Source of the DNA: Azolla caroliniana
Taxonomy: Eukaryota; Plantae; Polypodiophyta
Assembly: GCA_043228905.1 (NCBI GenBank)
Contig: JBHGNT010000004.1
Span: 21,266,001-21,330,000 of the forward strand
Direction: 5' to 3'
DNA: 64,000 nt
Both the position numbers and the translations under genes were made by a program. The first letter of the stretch is position 1. The number at the start of each line of letters is the position of its first letter. Below, piece after piece: positions 55,301 through 64,000 of this stretch. The notes under the pieces are model-generated. The model made no database searches and was not told where the DNA came from. It worked only from the letters and a program-made list of their open reading frames with translations.

Positions 55301-58110
55301 GTGCATTCGTGAGACCAAATGGCATCACTGTATACTCAAAATGTCCATAGCGAGTGCGGAAAGTTGTCTTCCATTCATCCCCCGGGCGAATCCGAACTAG
55401 ATTATATGCTCCGCGAAGGTCCAACTTCGTGAAATATTTTGCACCACTGAGACGTTCCAAAAGATTCGGGATTAATGGTAGAGCATATCTATTTCGGATA
55501 GTCACTTTGTTTAGCCCTCGATAATCAACGACCAACCGAAGAGTCCCATTCTTCTTCTTAACGAAGAAGATAGGTGCACCAGCAGGGGATCTAGAATGCC
55601 GAATGAATCCGTTTGCCAGATTCTCATCAATATATTCCCGCAAAGTCTCTAGCTCTACAGGGGAGAGATTATAAATTGGGCCCCATGGAGGTTCTTTCCC
55701 TAGTTGTAAGTCAATAGGGCAGTCGTATGGCCGATGCTCCGGCAATGTATTGGCCTTCACCTTATCAAAGACATCTGAAAACTCCTTGTATTTCTCTGGT
55801 AGTTTAATATCCGCGTCACGTGAAGTGGATGATGGAGTTGCTACTATTGCGAAAACGAACATGGCCTCGTTCCCCCCTTCCTCCCGCAACTGTCGTAAAG
55901 AGATGGGCGATAACTCTGGGGATCTATTAGCACATGTAGGAGAGAGGGATGCGGGATTTGTGCTTTTTTCCCGGGTCTCCTCAATTGTTCTTTTCATCCA
56001 ATCAATCTTCGGGTTATGGAGTTCAAACGAGGGGAGACCTAGAACTATTGGGTGGTCCGGACTACGAATAATATTGAAAGAGATTATGCTTGCCAAATTG
56101 CCAAGAACTATCATAATTGGCTCGGACTCCTCGACTATATCTCCTGATGCTATGGGACGTCCATCGATGACTCCTACGGCTACTGGGTTGGGAAGCTTAT
56201 TCAAGAGGATGTTTTGTGACAAGGCAAATTCACGATCCATGAAACAAGAGTTGGCTCTAGAATCTAGAAGGGCAGAGGCTAGGACTCGATGACATGTAGA
56301 TGTGGTAAGCTCGACTTGTGCTGAAAAAACTCGACTCTCTTGATTTGATGAAATGGAACCACGACTAGGAACTAACTCTACATAGCTAGGATGGTCCAGC
56401 CAAATGGCTCCTATTTTGGCTGGACTTACTCGTTTAACACATCCTCTAATTGACTCAAGACATCGAATCTATTCTCATGACATGGACTATGAGGCTTATT
56501 TATGTTATTAGAAGTAACAATAGAACTCGATGTAGGGTTTTCATGGGCACTTACTTGGTATACTTGACGCCTAGGTTTATGTGGACAATTTACAGCTATA
56601 TGTCCTGGACCACCACAATACAGGCAGAGGCGATGCGCTCGACGTCGTTGCTTCTTAGCATTTGATAACGGCCCACGACGTTGTGTTGACTCTATTTCCA
56701 TCGGAGTTGGGCCATCCCTTGTAATGGGTCTAGAAACTTGTGGAGGCGTTGCGACTACGGAAGCGTAAGTCTGCTCAGGTTGGCGGCGTAACATTTGTTG
56801 GCGCTCAGAACGTTGCTCAAATAGGCGATTATCACATCGCACAGCTCGACTAATGGCTTCTATAAGTGACTTTGGATCTTCAGGGAAAGTAAGAAGAAGA
56901 TCTTTGACATCATTTCTCAAACCTTGACGGAATTGATCCATTAAAGCTGCCTCATCCCAAGGGATATCACATGCCAAGAGACGGAAATCGGCTGCATAAG
57001 ACGACGCGGGACGATCTCCTTGTCGGAGTCTTCGAATCTTGTTTATCGTTGTCCTAATGTTGTCGATGTCTCCGAAACTAGCTTGAAACTCTTTAACAAA
57101 TGCCTCGAAATCCTCCAGCATATGGTGATTTCTTCTCGAGAAGTGGTGCGAACCATGCTAACGCCGTACCGCATAGCAAAGTTCCCACTAATCCCACACG
57201 AGCAGCATCAGTTGGATACCGATTGGGATGTAGCTGAATAACTAGACGAACTTGATTCAAAAAGCCTCGAAAAAAAGACCTCGTACCATCAAACTTGGCA
57301 GGGAGGCTAATCTTTGGCTCTCTAGGGGAGTTCTAAGCCCCCGACGCTTGCTCTCGTAATGACAATATAGTCGCCTCCAGTTGATGAACCCGCTGTGATA
57401 ACTCTTCATATTGTTGAGCTTTTTCGGCGCTCACGTGTTGTAGATCTCCAAGTAGCCTTTGATTCTCATGCTCTAATGCCACAAATTTATTCGTGAGCAT
57501 GTCGAGCTCAGAAAGAACACGAATGTATTCTTGTTTGCTCACGAACTCCATAGCTTATGAGGGGAGAGGAGAAGGAAGAAGAGAACTTGTTAGGGTTTGT
57601 GGAAGATGAAGAGATGAAAGGAAAAAAATTGGTTCAAACTGTCAAGACTGAGAGAGAGAAAGAGAGAGAAAAAGAGATAGAGAGATAATTGAAAGAGAAT
57701 TATTATATTGAAGTGTAAAATGGATTACAAAGAGTAGGCTACAAAATGCCGTTGAACCAATTTAGGTTTGGGATGGGTGGTAGATCCCTATTTATAAGTA
57801 ATAGAGAACTCTCTAGAATATTCTAGGTTATCCTAGAATGTAGAGTAATCTAGAAGATCTCTAGAGTATTCTAGAAGGTTCTAGTGGTATAGAACACTCT
57901 AGAATATTCTAGGTCATTCTAGAATGTAGAGTAATATAGAATATTCCTATGATATTAGATCTCATATTCTAGAGACTATACATATAAGAATATTAATACA
58001 ATGGTTAAGGATTTGACATGTGTACAACAAGGTCGTGGGTTCAAATCCTTTCGAGTCATAATGTGAGTGTCATGATCCTTTTGATGCATGATGTGACTGT
58101 TATCATGACA
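52329..58110 (-). mobile_element. Inner Tcn1-type chromovirus, full length, recently inserted, inactivated
   Basis: LTRs 52329-52801 and 57640-58110 (about 5 substitutions plus a 2-bp microsatellite indel), TSD CATAG. gag with CCHC, PR (DSG>DSR), RT YLDD, RNase H, integrase, chromodomain. Stops at 57333 and 54852. Removal restores copia YYVTFIDD. Confidence 0.96.
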
Positions 58111-58442
58111 CATAGTAGTGGCAACATCCGAATGTTGCGGTCTGGGCTAGTCCCCACACATTTGAAAGTACTACATCTAGGATCCCTTTACTCACATTCC
58201 TCTCTTTTGAGAATGGATGTCGGTGTTGTTTTTCATATTGGCACGCCCCGCATATGCCCGTAATCTCTTTCTCAGTAAATGTTGGGAGTCCGATTACGAC
58301 TCTATTTGATTATATCTTCTGGAGCTTTCGGAGATTGGGGGGAGATTGATGTGGTTGGTTCTCCTTTGCCACTGTTTCAAGTCTGTTTCAACTTTGAGGC
58401 CATTTGCGAACATTGCCGATTTCACCTCCTCTAATTCGAGGA

Positions 58443-58710
58443 TGAACATTTGGCCTTCTCGGTGACCATGCACTATGATTTGAATCATCATCCTTTTCGA
58501 TGAAACACCCTTCATTAATGAATCGTACCTGCATTCCTTGTTCGACAATCTGGCCGACAGAGACCAGGTTCTTTGTTGAACATTTGGCCTTCTCGGTGAC
58601 CATGCACTATGATTTGAATCATCATCCTTTTCGATGAAACACCCTTCATTAATGAATCGTACCTGCATATCTTGTTCGACAATCTGGCCGACAGAGACCA
58701 GGTTCTTTGT
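58443..58710. repeat. 134-bp tandem duplication in copia protease region
   Basis: tgaacatttggccttctcggtgacc at 58443 and 58577. Confidence 0.9.
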
Positions 58711-59386
58711 GATGGTTGGGACATGCAAGACGTTCTTGAGGTAGGTTTGTTTGCCGTCATTTCCGAATGGAACATTTTCGACATGCCGAATTGGGTGAGT
58801 CGTATCATCTCTAATTTCAACATAGCTAGGTTAATCGGGCTTTCGTAATTCTCGGAACCAATCTTCATGGGACGTCATGTGATTGGATGCTCCCAAGTCG
58901 ACAAACTATATGCTATCTGAAGAATCTGAGGTGCTAGTCGGGGCCTGAGCTGACATCGAATGTGCTTCATGCCTTATTACGAACATCCTACCATGATCTT
59001 CGTAGTCAGAATTCGAAGCGTAGTTCATGAGTTGTCGGCTAGTCGACGCCGAGTCTCATATCATTTTTCGGCACTCCTCTTCATAGTGGTCGTGTTTTCC
59101 ACAGTACCCGCATTCGATCGGGTTGTTACGATTGCTCGGTCTGGTGGGGTGGCTCCCCCTTCTGCCAAACTCTCTGGGATTGTTCCTGTCCTCTTGCCAT
59201 TGGTGGGAGTTATGCTCTTGGGTCGGCCGACCATGTCGGCCTCGTCCGAACCAACCTCTATTTTCACGGCCGAATCCTCTTCTATCATTCGACTGTGAGT
59301 AGAGCATCTAACCATCAGACGCATTGTTCCTTTGTCGAACATGATTTTCTTCGACCAATAGAATGGATTTAAGGCTGAAAAAGGAC

Positions 59387-59762
59387 GGAGGGTTCTTCCT
59401 CGCAAGAATGGTCGATCTAAGCATGCCGAATCGAGGTGCCAATCCACCGAGGCATATTTGCACCATTTCGTCATCATCAGGGAGGGTTCTCCATCACAAG
59501 AATGGCCGATCTGATCATGCCGAATCGAGGTGCCAAGCCGCTGAGACATATTTGCACCATTTCGTCATCGTCGGGGAGGGTTCTCCCTCGCAAGAATGGG
59601 CAATCTGATCGTGCCGAATCGAGGTGCCAAGCTGCCGAGGCATATTTGCACCATTTCTTCATCATCGGGGAGGGTTCTCCCTCGCAAGAATGACCTATCT
59701 GATCGTGCCAAATTGAGGTGCCAAGCCTCCGAGGCATATTTGCACCATTTCTTCATCGTCGA
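59387..59762. repeat. 94-bp x4 tandem array in copia gag
   Basis: ggagggttct at 59387, 59481, 59575, 59669. Confidence 0.9.
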
Positions 59763-61879
59763 TGACGACATTAATCGAATCGAGGGCATCGCACAGCTCC
59801 TTGATCTTCAAGGTATAGTTGGTGAGGAACATGTCCCTCTGTTGCATGTTGTTTAGGTTCTGTCGAAGTTGGAGCTTTCGTGTAGCCGTATTGGCCCCAA
59901 AAATCTTCTTGAGATTTCCCCAAGCTTCTTTCGGCGTTTTCAAATCCCGAATATAGCCAAGCATGTGGGCTTGGATCAAGCTACCTCGTGCTTTGATACC
60001 ATGTAAAGAATCGAGAGTGATTCTGTGCAACAGTTGTGTGTGTGTGTGTATGTGCACGTGAGACAAGAGAGAATGAGAGAGAGAGAGAGAGAGAGCTCTA
60101 GACACGAAAAAGAGAGGGGGAGAGAGATCTAGACAAGAAACTGTATATTACATCCAACATTGACTAAGTTACAAAAGGTTGGTTTAAATACCAACTGATC
60201 TAGGGTAAGTGCCCTTTCTATTAATTACAAATCTAGCCTAGTATGTTGTCCACTGGCTAGTGTGAACACTATCTCTATGGGAAGTTGAGTTCGATTCTCA
60301 ACATGTTGATAATCCAATTTGAAGCAAGGTTTTAATGCTACCTTGTAAGAGCCATACACGATTTCCTACTTGAAATGTAGTCGATGAATCACGTAGATGA
60401 CGGTCGACAACCTTCTTTTGAGTGTTTTGGGCGTCACATAGATGGTAAGAAAGTATATCTTGAATTTCTTGGAGTTGAGTGAGCCGATCTTCAGCAACCG
60501 AGTTTGGTGGGATGTCGGGATGTTCAAGTAGCATCCAACGAGGATGGTACCCAATGTTCGCAAAAAATGGGGAATATCCAGTAGAAGAATGTTCAGAGTT
60601 GTTGTAAGTGAATTCCGCCAAATGTAGTAGATCATATCTTATTGATAGTTGACAAAACAACGAAGATATAATTGCTCGATTGTTTGGTTGGTGCGCTCAC
60701 TCTACCCGTTAGTTTCTGGATAGTAGCCGGAAGAGAGTTTGCAAGAAGTATATAAGAGTTTGAACGTGTGTGACCAAAATTTTGAGACGAACTCGGGACC
60801 CTGATCATTGATAATATCATCTGGAACACCATGATGCAGAAACACGTCCCGCATGAGTAAATCAATTGCCTCATGGCTAGTAATGGCCTTCGTGCATGGA
60901 AGAAAATGTGCCATCTTCGTAAAACGATCTACTACGGTGAGAATAGAATCAAAACCCTTGGAAGGTGGGAGATCCATAATGAAATCCAAGGAAATAAATT
61001 TCCATGGGCTCTTAGGAATAGGCAGTGGTTGTAATAAGCCATATGGATGTTGTCGAGGCTTTTTTTATCAGCACATGTATCACAACTACGACCATAATCC
61101 GTAGCAAAATGGTGAAGTGGTGGCCACCAATAATGGCGAGAAATTAACTCAAAAGTCTTGTGGATGCCGAAAAGTCTAGCCATTGGTGTGTCATGACATT
61201 ATTGCAAGACTTGGAGTCGAGAAGGACTGTCAGGCACATACAAGAGATTTTGTCGAAAAAGTTAAAACCATCATGCCAACTGAACTAGGTGTAGTCTGGA
61301 CGAGGATTTTGAGATTGGGAGCTAGAAGCACGATCTGAGATAATATGGTTCAAAATCTCTTGGGTGAATGCATCGTCCGCAATATGCTCCCAAATGGAAT
61401 CAAGAAGACTTGAATCTCCAGGTGTGTTGATAGTATGCATCACCATTAGTCGTAGACAATCAGGTTCTATGAGGATTTGCTTCTGACTTTCAAATGCGGC
61501 TTCTCTTGGTTGAAGTTCCATATACGAACGTCGAGATAAAGTATTTGTTTTTCCTTGTTGCATCCCAAGGCGATATAGAATTACAAAATCAAAACGAGTT
61601 AAGAACTGCGCCCAACGAGCTTGTCGACGACTCAAGACTTGAGCACTTTGGAAGTATGTTAGATTTTTGTGATCGTTGTAGACAATAATCTGTTGAGAAG
61701 AACCCTCCAAAATATGATGCCATTGTTGAAAACAATCCACAATGGCAAGAAGCTCTTTGTCGTGAATCTCATAGTTGATTTCTAGGGCATCAAATTTCCA
61801 TGAGTGAAAGGCCATAGGGTTCAGTTGGCCATCATTGCCAATCTGGGATAGTACAATTCCGAGTGCGAAGTCAAATGGG

Positions 61880-64000
61880 TGCGAGGTAAAAAGTATCGCG
61901 TTTCCGAGTACAATTCCGAGTGCTTGGGTCTAGGAGGAATCGGTGAATAGTGTGTGTGAACTGGCCCTTACACACAGGCACATGTTTTGATGTATTGTAC
62001 ATAGTTAGATACTGATCGGTGATGAGAATCTCCTTGGTAGCACATATTCATTAGGTAGAGAATCGAGGAGTATCTCTGTCCGAAAGGACAGAGAATAAAA
62101 GTGACGTAACAGACTGTAACGTCTCCCTCTCCTTGGGCTATAAAAGGAGAGGAAATGGGACTAAGTGGGATCATGATATAGAGGACGAAGTCGGACTGGG
62201 ACCAAGCTCTTCTTGTCTGTCTTTCATTGTTCTCGTCAGGGTTTGGGAGACTGCCTCTGCTTTGTAGAAAGCTCGAGTGCTTCCGGCAGAGGCTCCATCT
62301 CGCGTTGTCCGTGTGCGTTGTGTGGGTTGGTGTCTGCGCGTTGACGCTTACCGGCTAGTCGGCTGTAATCTTGATCATAAGTATATAATGTTAGTCGGCC
62401 AGCAAGGAAAGTCTAGAATGGAAGAAGGGGATAATTCATAACCAAGAGCTGATTATCTATAATATTTAGAATTATTATGAATTTGAGAGCGAACGGACGG
62501 ACCTGGAATCGGTATGCCGATCCGGATCCGAACTGGTTCGTAGCCGGTTGCTGGTTGGCACCGGTTTGTACCTAGAGCCGGGGACCTATAAAAGGACCCG
62601 GTATGTTGGTAATGAATTAGGGGATAATTAATAGAGTGTTGTTGTTCTGTATCTTAATCAGTGTTAATTACCATTCTATGCTAAGTGTAATTCATCTTAT
62701 GCGTGTATTGTGACTAATGATCTGATTAGTAACTAATTAGGGTCTTATTAGTAGTTCGGTCTAAGTCTATCTCACCGCAACACCCTTTGGTGAAGTATCT
62801 CAAAGGGACACTTTGTGTTAGGGCATTGTCCAGCCCCTAGGGACAACACAGTTTTTAGCGACCACGATTCCTGCACAAACGCAGCAAATAGTGGCGGGCA
62901 TCGATGACTAGACCAACAAATGACCCGGTTACGGAGCGGGCAAGAAGACTTTCCGAACGATTGCGAAAGCGAGAGGCTTTCCAGCAAGCGGCAGGAGAGA
63001 TCCATGCAGATCGATCATTTTCCAAAGTAATCCGGTGAGTGGCCGCGGAGTCACTCCACGTGCAGCAGAATTCCCACCCGGACGAAGGAAGCAGCTTGAG
63101 CAGTGTTCAGGACGTGGAATCCATTCTGCAAGCATTAGCGACAAGGGCAGGCCATTCGGAACTGTTCTCGGCCTTCGAATCGGATTCGGACGGCAAATGC
63201 AGCGCCCATTCGAATTACTGTAGCAGCCACGATACCCCAGACGGACCGGAGGACGAGCAGTCGGATATCTTGCCAACACCAAAACCGGAATTAACGGAAC
63301 TGGAAGCCCTAGACCAGCGAGAGGAGGAAAAACCTCCGACACCGAAAGAAGAGGAGGAAAAACCTCTGACACCGAAAGAAGAGGGGAGACCTCCGACACC
63401 ACCAGCCTGTGTTCCGACACCGGACGACGACATGCCGTTCCAATATCCCAAGTACCGAGATGATCCGGACGCGGAAGCTCATGTCTATGCATTTCTACAA
63501 ACATGGGAAGCAAACCATGTGTCGCAATGCTTTGACCGCCGCCAAAGCAGAACGCTCGAAGATTGTAGAGTTCGGCATGACCTTGGAAGGACCAGCCGCG
63601 CGATGGCTCTTGACGCACCCTCCTAGCACCATCACGATGTTTGAGGACTTAAAAACCGGATTTTTACAGTTCTTCAACAAGGAGGTAGATCAATGGGAGA
63701 TGGTCGTCCTATTCTACACCATATGGCAGGAACCGACGGAAACCATTTAGTAATTTGTAATCCAGTTCCAACGAATGCACAGCCAGCTAAATCGAGCACC
63801 ACCGGAAGTAGAGGCTAAAGCAATATTCCTAGCAGCACTCTGGGAACCCCTACGCACTGTGTGCGCAGTCATTGATTTCCGCACTAGCTCAATTGACCAT
63901 TTCATAGACCGGGTCAAGGAGATGCAGAAAACAAGCTCGTGGAATTAGAGAAGGCCCGGTCAAGAATCTAGAGCATGGAGGAAGACGTAGAGAAGGCCAG
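61880..64000 (+). mobile_element. Ty3/gypsy 5' LTR and gag start, inserted in the outer chromovirus; runs off window
   Basis: LTR-like ~61880-62850 with ctataaaa boxes. Degenerate Arg-type PBS t(a)gcgaccac at about 62856. gag FQYPKY.DD.DAEAHV..F...W and EFGMTLEGPAARW, frameshifted. LTR ends uncertain. Confidence 0.7.

Larger units (their letters stand above)
47741..60303 (-). mobile_element. Ty1/copia LTR retrotransposon, degenerate, hosting nested insertions
   Basis: LTRs 47741-48019 and 60002-60303, TSD TGTTG (47736-47740 and 60304-60308), PBS TGGTATCAAAGC (tRNA-iMet), PPT next to 48020. gag-PR-INT-RT-RH order with TFIDDFS, RFKARLIAKG, YVDD, KHIEV. Confidence 0.93.
46734..61877 (-). mobile_element. 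Outer Tcn1-type chromovirus (3' LTR, chromodomain-integrase, RNase H), split by copia
   Basis: 3' LTR about 46734-47331 with an internal ~166-bp duplication. Chromodomain YEV...YTPNDRTWEP at 47324-47740. Integrase and RNase H at 60309-61877. Joining across the copia restores KLDYQHFGP. The 5' part is displaced beyond the next insertion. Confidence 0.85.

Noticed and set aside
59387-59762. Regularly spaced repeats as a CRISPR-like array (also 37252-37530)
   Set aside because: Units are contiguous with no unique spacers, lie in copia gag or an intron, and the context is eukaryotic.

Overview
Eukaryotic (plant) genomic DNA, probably from a non-seed land plant (inferred from Tcn1-type chromoviruses; a PLS-PPR fragment is compatible). 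Left half (1-40 kb): three tandem 8-exon plant Nudix hydrolase genes (NUDT2/NUDT8-like; only exons 3-8 of copy 1 fall in the window). An intron-containing tRNA-Tyr travels with them: intact behind copy 1, decayed behind copy 2, deleted behind copy 3. There is also a 6-exon coiled-coil gene almost invisible in the ORF track, a convergent 4-exon class III peroxidase, and LINE, MULE, gypsy and MITE debris. Right half (40-64 kb): a compact non-chromoviral Ty3/gypsy element, then a nest of LTR retrotransposons (LTR-like host > Tcn1 chromovirus > Ty1/copia > second Tcn1 chromovirus plus solo LTRs), and a further gypsy running off the window. Most intriguing signals: (i) tRNA-like A-box/B-box modules at canonical spacing, antisense, at the U3 tip of three LTR families; (ii) a TG..CA, 5-bp-TSD fold-back element built from two LTR-like promoter arms, with its empty site visible in a paralogous segment; (iii) Tf1-type self-priming, a -1 frameshift pseudoknot and heat-shock-element arrays in the chromoviruses; (iv) a Nudix paralog with an open frame but a broken Nudix box. 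All models were read by eye; no searches were run.
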